Part shown: in pieces, positions 10,269-20,751 of the stretch
How positions within the stretch are numbered: the first letter of the stretch is position 1
Layout of the letters: each line of letters starts with the position of its first letter
Source: Spirochaetales bacterium
Lineage (GTDB): Bacteria; Spirochaetota; Spirochaetia; JABEVK01
Length of the DNA stretch: 52,223 bases
Direction: 5' to 3'
NCBI GenBank assembly: GCA_037142615.1
Contig: JBAXAI010000026.1
Coordinates: forward strand, 1-52,223
Made by a program: the position numbers and the translations under genes
Notes under the pieces: generated by a model
Told to the model about the DNA's origin: nothing
Databases searched by the model: none
Seen by the model: only the letters and a program-made list of their open reading frames with translations

Positions 10269-11508
10269 GGCCCCCAATCCGCGCTACGCTGTTTTCGGTT
10301 ACCGCGACTTCCGGTTCTTGTTAGCCGGGCGGTTGTCGTCGGCCTTTGGTGGCCAAATGCTCACCTTTGCCGTTACGTGGGACCTGTGGATGCGCACCCG
10401 CAGTCCGTTTTCTCTCGGCTTGGTGGGCCTCGCCGAGGTACTGCCTATCCTGCTTTTTGCCCTGCCTGCCGGGGTGCTGGCCGATCGAAAGAACCGACGA
10501 ACCATTTTGCTGATCGCACAAACGGGCGCGGTGCTGGCCGCTGCTACGTTGACGGCCCTGTCGATCCTGCAAGGCCCCATCTGGGCCATTTACGCGGCGC
10601 TGGCCTTGTTGGGGTTGGCGCGCGCGTTCAGTGACCCGGCTGCCTCGGCCTACTTGCCCCTGGTCGTGCCGCCCGAACAGTTTACCCAAGCCGCCACGTG
10701 GAGCTCGAGCACCTTTCAGATCGCCGTCATCACCGGGCCCACGCTCGCCGGGCTGATGATTGGCCTTTTTGGCGGCAGCGTCACCGAGGTGTATGGCCTA
10801 GGGTTCGTTTTTTTGGCCACGCAGGTCGTGCTCGTCTCGCTCATCCGTGCCCGGCCGGTGGTCCGAAACGTGCAGACGCATCCTTGGCACAGTCTGATCG
10901 AAGGGCTTCGCTTTTTGTGGGGCAACAAGGTGCTGCTGTCGGCCATTACCCTCGACCTGTTCGCGGTTCTCCTGGGCGGTGCCGTGGCGCTGTTGCCCAT
11001 TTACGCCACCGACATTCTGAACGTGGGGCCCTGGGGCCTCGGCCTGCTCCGCTCGGCGCCCTCGGTGGGCGCGCTGTTGATGGCGCTGTTCCTGGCGCAT
11101 CGGGGCCCCTTCCGGAACGCCGGTACCAGCTTGCTTTGGTGCGTTGCCGGCTTTGGGGCGGCCACCGTCGTGTTTGGCTTTTCGACGTGGTTTCCGCTGT
11201 CGCTGGCCATGCTGTTTGTGCTCGGCGTGCTTGACAACGTGAGCGTGGTCATCCGACAAACCCTTATGCTGACTCAAGTTCCCGACGAGATGCGCGGCCG
11301 CACGTCGGCGGTGAACACCGTGTTCATCAGTAGCAGCAACGAGCTCGGCGACTTCGAGAGCGGCGTGGTAGCCGGCTTTCTGGGCCCGGTTGCTGCCGTT
11401 GTTGCGGGGGGACTTGGCACCTTGCTGGTGGTGTTGGGCGTGTGGAAGTTCTTCCCCCAGTTGGTCGCCCTCAAGGAACTGGGCAAGCCGGAGCGGAAGT
11501 CAGGCTAG
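10261..11508 (+). CDS. MFS transporter (EntS/DHA3-like)
   Basis: About 12 TM segments; motif A GVLADRKNRR; VPDEMRGR. Confidence 0.9.
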   Translation: MSKAPNPRYAVFGYRDFRFLLAGRLSSAFGGQMLTFAVTWDLWMRTRSPFSLGLVGLAEVLPILLFALPAGVLADRKNRRTILLIAQTGAVLAAATLTALSILQGPIWAIYAALALLGLARAFSDPAASAYLPLVVPPEQFTQAATWSSSTFQIAVITGPTLAGLMIGLFGGSVTEVYGLGFVFLATQVVLVSLIRARPVVRNVQTHPWHSLIEGLRFLWGNKVLLSAITLDLFAVLLGGAVALLPIYATDILNVGPWGLGLLRSAPSVGALLMALFLAHRGPFRNAGTSLLWCVAGFGAATVVFGFSTWFPLSLAMLFVLGVLDNVSVVIRQTLMLTQVPDEMRGRTSAVNTVFISSSNELGDFESGVVAGFLGPVAAVVAGGLGTLLVVLGVWKFFPQLVALKELGKPERKSG

Positions 11509-11510
11509 GT

Positions 11511-13205
<1,695 letters not shown>

Positions 13206-13280
13206 GAGGGCCTCTTGGTGGGGGGATTGTAGCAAAAAGCCCCCGCAGGGCACAATACCGACACTTTCCCGGAGGCCCCC

Positions 13281-14153
13281 ATGGCGCGTGCGACAGTCCC
13301 CGAAGCCGAGGCAATCCTCGACCAACCCTTCCCGGTTCTCGACAAAGGCTTTGTCCGGTTGGTCGACTACCTCGGTGGCGACCAGCGCATCGTGCAGGCC
13401 GCCCGCGTCAGCTACGGCGAGGGCACCAAAACCTACCGCGAAGACAAAGGCCTCATCGACTACCTGCTGCGTAACCAGCACACTTCGCCTTTTGAGCAGG
13501 TGAGCCTGACCTTTCACTGCAAAATGCCCATTTTTGTGGCCCGCCAGTGGGTACGTCACCGCACGGCCAAGCTCAACGAGATCTCGGGCCGCTACAGCGT
13601 GATGAAAGACGAGTTTTACGTCCCGAGCCCCGACGCGATTGCTCTGCAAAGCGCCGACAACAAGCAGGGCCGCTCGACCGACGAAGTACCGGCCGAGGTC
13701 AAAGCCAAGGTGCTCGACCTGTTGCAGGCGGGCCAGAAGCAATCGTTTGCGGACTACGAGGCCCTGCTCGACGAAGGCCTGGCGCGCGAGCTGGCGCGCA
13801 TCAACCTCCCGCTCAGTCTTTACACCGAATGGTATTGGACGATGGACCTGCACAACCTGTTTCACTTCCTGGCCCTGCGGCTCGACCCGCACGCCCAGAT
13901 GGAGATCCGCGTGTACGCCGAGGCGATGCTCAAGATCACGCGGGCCGTGGCACCCATCGCCACCGAGAGTTTCGAGAGCAACACTTTGGGCGGGGTGAGA
14001 TTCAACCGGCAGGAAATTGAGGCTTTGCGCAAGGTGGCGGAGGCGCATCCCGACGAGGCCGATGCCGCGCTGGGAACTGAACTTGGCGACAAACCGGGTT
14101 CCAAACCCCGTGAACGCTTCTGGACTAAACTTCGGGAAGCTCGTCAAGTGTAG
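13281..14153 (+). CDS. thyX: FAD-dependent thymidylate synthase
   Basis: H.SPFE, RHRTAKLNEISGRY (RHRx7S) and HAQMEIR motifs. Confidence 0.95.
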   Translation: MARATVPEAEAILDQPFPVLDKGFVRLVDYLGGDQRIVQAARVSYGEGTKTYREDKGLIDYLLRNQHTSPFEQVSLTFHCKMPIFVARQWVRHRTAKLNEISGRYSVMKDEFYVPSPDAIALQSADNKQGRSTDEVPAEVKAKVLDLLQAGQKQSFADYEALLDEGLARELARINLPLSLYTEWYWTMDLHNLFHFLALRLDPHAQMEIRVYAEAMLKITRAVAPIATESFESNTLGGVRFNRQEIEALRKVAEAHPDEADAALGTELGDKPGSKPRERFWTKLREARQV

Positions 14154-16470
14154 GCTGGGGCTCGTCTTCCGGCGCGGTCTGGATGACGGTGGCCACGTCG
14201 GAGCGGAACTCGAAGCTCTGGGCGGGGTTAGCGTACACCCCGAGCGCTTGGGGCGGGATGTTGACCGCTTGCTTCCAGCCGATGGGCATCAGCGAAGCGA
14301 GTTTGTCGGTGGTCCAACTCGTGTGAAAGGGCACCACCAGCGCGGCCAAAGCCAAGGGCGGGTTGGCTCGTGCCGCCGCAGCGAGCACTTTCCGGCTGAA
14401 GTCTTCGGCCTCTTCGACAACGGTGTCACGCATAATGTAGAACCAGCTGCCGTCGTCCTGCGCCCGCACATCGGTACCGGCATCCAACAGCGGCTTCACA
14501 AACACGGGGAAGTTCTTGGCAAAGCGCTCCTCGAGCACACGGAAGGCGCTGATGCAAAACGGCACCTTGTCGGCGTGGAACTCGTGGATCCGCGTTTTGA
14601 TTTCTTCGTTGGCGATGAACGGGCCGTACAGCTCGCCCAGCTTGCCCATCCAAGGTACCGACTTGCCCACTTCTTTCGGTGGCTGCTCATTGAGCTTCTT
14701 GAGCAGGAGCAAGGAGTTCTTCTGCGGCGCGTTGTACACCGGCTTGTCGTCGTTGGGCAGTCCGCTGGTCCGATACAGAAACTTCGGCTTGCGCAAGTAG
14801 AACGGGCTCCCCGGAAGCGAAAGTCCGTAGTCGAGCGCGGTCAAAATCGCCAGCGTATAGAACAGGAGTGCCTTGTTGTTGGACCCATCGACCAGCCGCT
14901 TTTCGCCCTTGTCGGTGACTTCGAAGTTACGCAGGGCATTCTGGAAACGCTGGCTGACGATGTTCTCGACGGGGAAACGCACTTTGACCTCGGGGTTCAT
15001 CAGCGCGGAGAGCTGCTTGCCCTTCTGCTCGGCCTCGACTGCCACCGGGGCCAAAAGGTCGATCATCTCTTTCACCTGAACCGAGAGGTTGGGGTAGCCC
15101 AGACTCTTGGGACGCACGTCGTCGAGCACCGGAATGTTGAGACTGGGCAACAGGTAGTTGCGCTTGAACCAGATCAGCTGGTGTTCGCGGCGCTTGGAGT
15201 CCGGTGACAGCGGCCCGGAACGTTCGATCTCGCGGCAGTACTCCATCAACAACGGCAAATACTGCTTGCTGAAGAACTCCTCGACGAAAAAGTGCCAGCG
15301 CGCGATCATCTTGTCGATTTCTTCCTGCAGCCGAACCACCTCGCCGGCCTGATTGAGCATGGTGCCCCATTGCATGTTCTGAAAGCCAAAAAAGAGGTTC
15401 TGCAAGATTTCGGAAATCGGCAGGATGACCTGAATCGGATCGTCCACGGGGATCAGGTCGGAGCCCTTGGGAAGTGCCAGCACCGTTTGAAAGTAGCTGA
15501 ACAGGTCGGGGTTGTCGCCCAGGGCCAAGAACCCAGCGCGGGGGAACAATTGATCCAGGAGCACAAAACCCTGGCGGGCCAGCTTAGGCGTCGGCGCCTG
15601 ATATTCCTTTTGCTCGGGCTGCGCTTCGCCTTCGTTCAACTGCATCGAGCCCGGCATGTCACGGATCAGCTCGTTGTCTTGAATGCCGATGAGCGCCAGA
15701 ATGTCGTCGGCCCGGTCGAGGTAGAACTGGTCCTGCTCCATGTATTCTTCGCTGAGAATTTTCAGCAGTACGGGGAACATGCGGGTGCGAAGGCTGTTGA
15801 CCACCAAAGGCACTTCGTCGCGGGCGATGGAGTAGTAGCGTTGAAGGATGTCACGCTCGTCGCTGTTGGTGGAGTACATGCGCGCCAGTTCGTACATCTT
15901 GGTGATGGCCGGTAACAGGTGCACATGCGGGTTGAGCATGGTCAGGCGAAACAGCGGTTTGAGCAGCACTTGGAGCAGGGGCCCGAAATCGGCAAAGCTG
16001 CGGTCCCGAGGCTCGCGTTGCAGTTGCGACAACTCGCGGTCGAGGGTCTCGATGTCCCATTCCCGTAACACCTGAACGATGGAGTTGAAAAGTGGAATAC
16101 GGCGCATGCTTTGGTGAGCGTTCTGGTAGTTCTTGGCCGACAAGCCGCGCACGGCGAGCACGAGGTTTTCGACGCTCTTGGCGTACCAGGTGTCGCCATT
16201 GAGGATGAACTTCGGGTTCACTGTGTCGGCGCTGTTCTTCCCAAAGGCAAACACCGACCTAATGGCTTGCTCGGTGGTCTTGGCGCGGTACTGAGGCTTG
16301 GCCAGCAAAAAATCGGTCTTGATGCGCTGACTCCAGCGCATTCTTGGCAGACCCTCTTCGAGCGGATTGGACTTGCGCACCACCGTGTAGTCACGGCTAG
16401 CGGGGACAAGTCGCGAGTCGGTCCGCTTGCGCGGGGGCGGAAGACTGGGTGGAACAAGCTCGTCGGACAC
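14125..16470 (-). CDS. Large hypothetical protein (DUF5312-like helical region plus degenerate GGDEF-like C-terminus)
   Basis: 781-aa ORF with a GTG start, last gene of a tightly packed operon; domain calls by eye only. Confidence 0.6.
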   Translation of the reverse strand: MSDELVPPSLPPPRKRTDSRLVPASRDYTVVRKSNPLEEGLPRMRWSQRIKTDFLLAKPQYRAKTTEQAIRSVFAFGKNSADTVNPKFILNGDTWYAKSVENLVLAVRGLSAKNYQNAHQSMRRIPLFNSIVQVLREWDIETLDRELSQLQREPRDRSFADFGPLLQVLLKPLFRLTMLNPHVHLLPAITKMYELARMYSTNSDERDILQRYYSIARDEVPLVVNSLRTRMFPVLLKILSEEYMEQDQFYLDRADDILALIGIQDNELIRDMPGSMQLNEGEAQPEQKEYQAPTPKLARQGFVLLDQLFPRAGFLALGDNPDLFSYFQTVLALPKGSDLIPVDDPIQVILPISEILQNLFFGFQNMQWGTMLNQAGEVVRLQEEIDKMIARWHFFVEEFFSKQYLPLLMEYCREIERSGPLSPDSKRREHQLIWFKRNYLLPSLNIPVLDDVRPKSLGYPNLSVQVKEMIDLLAPVAVEAEQKGKQLSALMNPEVKVRFPVENIVSQRFQNALRNFEVTDKGEKRLVDGSNNKALLFYTLAILTALDYGLSLPGSPFYLRKPKFLYRTSGLPNDDKPVYNAPQKNSLLLLKKLNEQPPKEVGKSVPWMGKLGELYGPFIANEEIKTRIHEFHADKVPFCISAFRVLEERFAKNFPVFVKPLLDAGTDVRAQDDGSWFYIMRDTVVEEAEDFSRKVLAAAARANPPLALAALVVPFHTSWTTDKLASLMPIGWKQAVNIPPQALGVYANPAQSFEFRSDVATVIQTAPEDEPQPTLDELPEV

Positions 16471-16473
16471 GAG

Positions 16474-17394
16474 CTACAATACCATGCCTTCGACGGCAAA
16501 AACCAGTTCCATGGTCGTCTTTCCGGCGATGAGTGCCCGGTAGGTGGCTTGAAGCTCGTCGAGTTGGTTGTCGGTGCGTTCCGGATCGTGGTGGATGATC
16601 ACGAGCTTGCGCACGCCGGCGCGTGAGCTCGTGTTGATGGCCGACTCCATCGGCGAGTGCCCCCAGCCCAAACGGCCCTTCTTGTATTCCTTCATCGTGT
16701 ACTGGGCATCGTGGATGACGACATCGGCCCCTGTCAGAAACTCCTCGATGCGGCCGTTTTCCTCGGCGGCGGCGCGGTTGCCTTCTTCGACCACCTCGCG
16801 GTCGTAGTCAGGGTCGTCGGGGCTGGCATCGAACAGATTGCGGAACGGTTCGTGGTCGAACAGCGTGATCAGCACTTTGCCTTCGTGTTCAAACCGGTAC
16901 CCCAGCGTGGTGATGGGGTGGTTGAGGTACTTGGTGCGGATTCGCAAGCCGGGTTCGAACTCCAAAGTCGTCTCTTGAAGGCGGTGGTAGGTCATCTTCG
17001 CGGCCAGGTCGGCCATCGTGACGGGGAAGTAGCGGTACTGAAGCTGACCACCGATCACCTTGTCGAGGCTGTCGTCTTCGAACGTCACCGGGCCGTAGAT
17101 TTCGAGTTGCGTGGTGGGAATGAACAGCGGTGTGAAGAAAGGGAAGCCCATGATGTGATCCCAGTGCGTGTGGCTGAACAGCATTTTCGCCTGGATGGGG
17201 CCCTTGGCAAACTGCGTCTTCATCAGGTGCACACCCAGCGCGCGGATGCCCGAGCCGGCGTCGATGATGACGAGGCTGTTGTCGGGGCCATAGCGGACTT
17301 CCAGACAAAGCGTATTTCCGCCAAAGCGGACGGTATCGGGACCCGGGCAGGGGATGGACCCACGGACCCCCCAGAGTGTAGCAGTGAGGCTCAT
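16474..17394 (-). CDS. MBL-fold metallo-hydrolase (RNase Z/phosphodiesterase-like)
   Basis: WGVRGS...GGNT, DAGSG, HTHWDH, HDAQY, GHS and HHDP motifs. Confidence 0.9.
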   Translation of the reverse strand: MSLTATLWGVRGSIPCPGPDTVRFGGNTLCLEVRYGPDNSLVIIDAGSGIRALGVHLMKTQFAKGPIQAKMLFSHTHWDHIMGFPFFTPLFIPTTQLEIYGPVTFEDDSLDKVIGGQLQYRYFPVTMADLAAKMTYHRLQETTLEFEPGLRIRTKYLNHPITTLGYRFEHEGKVLITLFDHEPFRNLFDASPDDPDYDREVVEEGNRAAAEENGRIEEFLTGADVVIHDAQYTMKEYKKGRLGWGHSPMESAINTSSRAGVRKLVIIHHDPERTDNQLDELQATYRALIAGKTTMELVFAVEGMVL

Positions 17395-17401
17395 AAGCTT
17401 G

Positions 17402-18271
17402 TCAGGCCAACTTCAGGAAGATCTTGGCTTTCTCGATCTCCTGACGGACTTGAGGCTCCAGAGCTTCAATCTGGCCCCAAGACAAGCCCAGGGATTTGTA
17501 CACTTCGGCCGGCGGAACCAAGGGAAAGCGGTTACCCGAAAACCCAATTTCGAGGATGTTGGCAAAATAGTCAGCGAGAACAACGGTATTGACCAAATCG
17601 CCGTGCGGGCCGCTGTAGTTCTGCGGGTCGTGGTGCCAACTGACCACGTCGAGAATATCGTCAGAGAGCTTCCAAGTGCGAATAATCAGGGCACCGGCTT
17701 CGCAGTGCGTGAACTCAAGCTGCTGGGCCTCGGCCTGATGCAGCGGAATGCGCTGGTTGGCACTCGCCGAAAGCGCCGTGAGGTAGTCCTCGGGAGCCCT
17801 GTTGTTGAGCGGCACCTTGCCGATGTCGTGGAGCAGGCCGCAAAAGAAGTAGTTTTCCACGTCGGTGGAGGTTATGCCACGTGCGCGGGCAATATGCTTC
17901 GCGGTGACCCCGACGCACAGCGAATGCAACCAGAAGCCGTCGAGGTTGAGCACGGCACTCTTGGTGCCACCCGTGTTGACGGTACCCAGGACGGCTGTGC
18001 TGAGTGCGAGATTCTTAACGGTGTTGAGGCCGAGCATGATGATGGCGCGAACCAAGCTGGTGACTTCCTGGTTGAGACCGTAGTACGCGCTGTTAATGAG
18101 TTTCATGACGCGGGCAAGCAACACGGGGTCGAGCGAGATGACCCGGTTGAGGTCGGCCGGTTGGGCGTTGGGTCGTTGGCAGATTTCGAGAACCTTGCCG
18201 ATGCTGGTAGGCAGCGCGGGCATGCGATCGATGTAGCCGACCAGAGCCTGGCGAAGTTCTTGACCTTTCAT
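17402..18271 (-). CDS. HDOD domain protein
   Basis: MPALP, DPVLLARVMKLINSAYY and GLLHDIGK motifs; ATG at 18271 overlaps the TPR gene stop (ATGA). Confidence 0.9.
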   Translation of the reverse strand: MKGQELRQALVGYIDRMPALPTSIGKVLEICQRPNAQPADLNRVISLDPVLLARVMKLINSAYYGLNQEVTSLVRAIIMLGLNTVKNLALSTAVLGTVNTGGTKSAVLNLDGFWLHSLCVGVTAKHIARARGITSTDVENYFFCGLLHDIGKVPLNNRAPEDYLTALSASANQRIPLHQAEAQQLEFTHCEAGALIIRTWKLSDDILDVVSWHHDPQNYSGPHGDLVNTVVLADYFANILEIGFSGNRFPLVPPAEVYKSLGLSWGQIEALEPQVRQEIEKAKIFLKLA

Positions 18272-20751
18272 GCGCCCAACTTTTCCTTCAGCTTTTCCAT
18301 GATGACCTGAAGCTTCCGTTTTGTCGTGGCCGCGTCCTCGCCTTTTTCGGGCCAAAGTTTCGTGGTGGGCAGGTTGGAGGGGGTCCTACCCGAAAGAGTA
18401 CGCCGAATATTGTCGAGTTTCAAGTGAATTTCGTCGTCGTGGAGCTTCTGCTTCTTGTCCTCGGGGAGGTAGCCGCTGAGGTCGTCGAGGTAGCTCATCA
18501 AGTTGGCCACCCGGTCCGGGCCCTGTTCGGCGACCTCTTCATCCTCAAGCACGCCTTCGGCTTCCTCGACCTCTTCCTGACCGGTGGCGAGCTCGGGCGG
18601 TGGGGCCCAACTTTCCATCGACGGCGTTTCAGGCTCGTTTTCCACGTCAAACGGCGCGTCGTCGACCAGTTCGGCCAGCTCTTCCTCGTCCTCGCGCGGT
18701 GGTGGAAGCCATTTTTCGGGTTCCGGCTCCAGCTCCGGCTCAGCGGGCGGCGCGGGTCTTCGCGACAGTGCGGGGTTCCGGGGTGGCAGTGGGGCATAGG
18801 GGGGCGGTTCGGGGGCCTTGTATTGGCGACGGTCGGGCCGGGGTGGGGGTGGATTCTGCACCGGGGGATACGGCATGGGTGGCATTTGAATGACGATAGG
18901 CTGAGGGGGAGGAGGTGGTGGTGGAGGCGCCTCCACCGTCTTTTCGATGACCTTCTCTTTTTCCAGCGGCTCATCGTCTTCAAACTCAAACGGCGGGAGG
19001 ATTTCATCTTCCTCGTGGAGCACCATCGAGTCCTCTTCCTCGGCGATCATGATGGCCGGATTGAGGTCACCCAGGTCGAGCAGAGAGTTGTGGCCGGGCT
19101 CATCCTTGATGTGCATCCACGAAGGCTCTTCGACCAGCGGGGTCTGGTCTTCGACCGCTTCGGGCTCTTCCGTTTCTACGGCCGGTGGTTCGGCCAGCGC
19201 CCGGATGTTGCGGCTCCAGGTCTCCTTCATTTCTTCGCCAATGGTCTGCGCGGAATGCTCGTACATTTCGAGGGTTTCCATCATCAGCGTCAACTCGTCC
19301 TCGGCCGAATTGGTGCCCTGCACTTGCAGGATTTCGTCGGCCAGCTGAAGCGCGCCTTTTTGGTCGCCGGTTTGCTGATGGATGCGGGCCAGGGCGCCGA
19401 GCACTCCGGTGTTCTGAGGGTTTTCCAACCGCAGTTTTTCGAGCAGGGTGCGGGCCTCGTCAATCTTACCCTGCTTGTGGTAAAGGTTGGCGAGAAGCAG
19501 GCGCGCGTTCACGTCAGTCGGGTGGGCCTTGAGGAAAAGCTTCACCTCTTCCACGGCCACGCCGGTGTCGCCTTCCGACATGGCGAACAGGGCCATGTCC
19601 ATGTGCAGTTCGACATTCGAAGGGTCGACGCGCTCGATGCGGTCGGCCACTTTGTGCGCCAGGTAGGCCCGCTTGGTCTTGAGATACAGGTTGCCCAGCG
19701 TGCGCAAGGCCTCGAGGTTGTCGGGTTGTTTGCCCAGGACGGCCAACAGGTCTTCCTCGGCCTTTTCGGGCTTGTTCAGCAGCAGGCGCATCTTGGCCAG
19801 TTGCAGGCGGACGACCAGATTGTCGGGCTCCAGGAGGCTGAAGCGCGCCAGCAGTTCGTGCGACTCTTCGATGCGGCCGTCCCGATAGTACATCGAGTCG
19901 AGGTTGAGCATGGCACGCGCGTACCTCGGGTTGATCTTGAGCGCCTGCACGAACATCGACTCGGCCTCTTTGAGGCGACCGGCTTCGAGGTGCAGGATAC
20001 CGAGGTTGTTCAGAGCCTCGGGGTTGTCGGGGTTGTCTTCGACCATCTCTTGGAACAGCGTCCGGGCCTCGGCCTCGTTGCCCATTTTTTGCATGGTGAT
20101 GCCAAGGTTGTTGAGGCCCGCCTTCCAGCCGGGTCGGCCCTTGAGTGCGGCCTCAAACGACTGCCGGGCCAGGCGCAGGTCATTGTTCTTCTGGTAGACC
20201 AGCCCGAGGTTGTAGCGCAGCGTGGGGTGGTTGGGATCGATGTCGAGGCCCTTGCGGTAGGTGTCCTTGGCGCGCTCGAGGTCGCCCTGGGTCTCGTAGA
20301 TGGTGCCCAGATTGTTGTAGGCGCCGACGTTGCGGGGGTTGAACTTCAGGCTCAGCTCGTAGGCCGAGGCGGCGTCGCTGCGGCGGTCAAGCTGCTTGTA
20401 CACGTTGCCCAGGTTGTAGTACACGCCCGCGTTCTTGGGGTCGAGGTTTCGGGCTTTTTCGAGGGCCTCGAGAGCCTGATCAAGCTGACCCAACGAACGG
20501 TACATGGCGCCGATGTTGTTCCAGGCCTCGGGACGGTCGTTGCCGCCTTCGAGCGCCCGGAAGAACTGATTGATCGCCTGGCTATGGTGACCTTCGCGGC
20601 CGTACAGGCTGCCGAGGATCATGTGCGCTTCGGGGTCGTTGTCGTCGAGCAGAAGCATCTTCTTGGCCAGCGACTCCGCGAGTTCGTTGTCGGTAGACCG
20701 GTAGGCGGCCAGCGCCCGCTCCAGCAGGTCGTGCCGTTGGTCGTCGCTCAT
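18268..20751 (-). CDS. Tetratricopeptide repeat protein with an acidic/proline-rich linker
   Basis: Many A..NLG..Y...G....A...Y..AL..DP repeats in the N-terminal half; Glu/Pro-rich region including 8 consecutive Pro. Confidence 0.9.
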   Translation of the reverse strand: MSDDQRHDLLERALAAYRSTDNELAESLAKKMLLLDDNDPEAHMILGSLYGREGHHSQAINQFFRALEGGNDRPEAWNNIGAMYRSLGQLDQALEALEKARNLDPKNAGVYYNLGNVYKQLDRRSDAASAYELSLKFNPRNVGAYNNLGTIYETQGDLERAKDTYRKGLDIDPNHPTLRYNLGLVYQKNNDLRLARQSFEAALKGRPGWKAGLNNLGITMQKMGNEAEARTLFQEMVEDNPDNPEALNNLGILHLEAGRLKEAESMFVQALKINPRYARAMLNLDSMYYRDGRIEESHELLARFSLLEPDNLVVRLQLAKMRLLLNKPEKAEEDLLAVLGKQPDNLEALRTLGNLYLKTKRAYLAHKVADRIERVDPSNVELHMDMALFAMSEGDTGVAVEEVKLFLKAHPTDVNARLLLANLYHKQGKIDEARTLLEKLRLENPQNTGVLGALARIHQQTGDQKGALQLADEILQVQGTNSAEDELTLMMETLEMYEHSAQTIGEEMKETWSRNIRALAEPPAVETEEPEAVEDQTPLVEEPSWMHIKDEPGHNSLLDLGDLNPAIMIAEEEDSMVLHEEDEILPPFEFEDDEPLEKEKVIEKTVEAPPPPPPPPQPIVIQMPPMPYPPVQNPPPPRPDRRQYKAPEPPPYAPLPPRNPALSRRPAPPAEPELEPEPEKWLPPPREDEEELAELVDDAPFDVENEPETPSMESWAPPPELATGQEEVEEAEGVLEDEEVAEQGPDRVANLMSYLDDLSGYLPEDKKQKLHDDEIHLKLDNIRRTLSGRTPSNLPTTKLWPEKGEDAATTKRKLQVIMEKLKEKLGA

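Noticed and set aside
13206-14147. Apparent ~310-aa N-terminal extension of GlnRS
   Set aside because: It is the antisense frame of thyX; GlnRS homology begins just after ATG 13205
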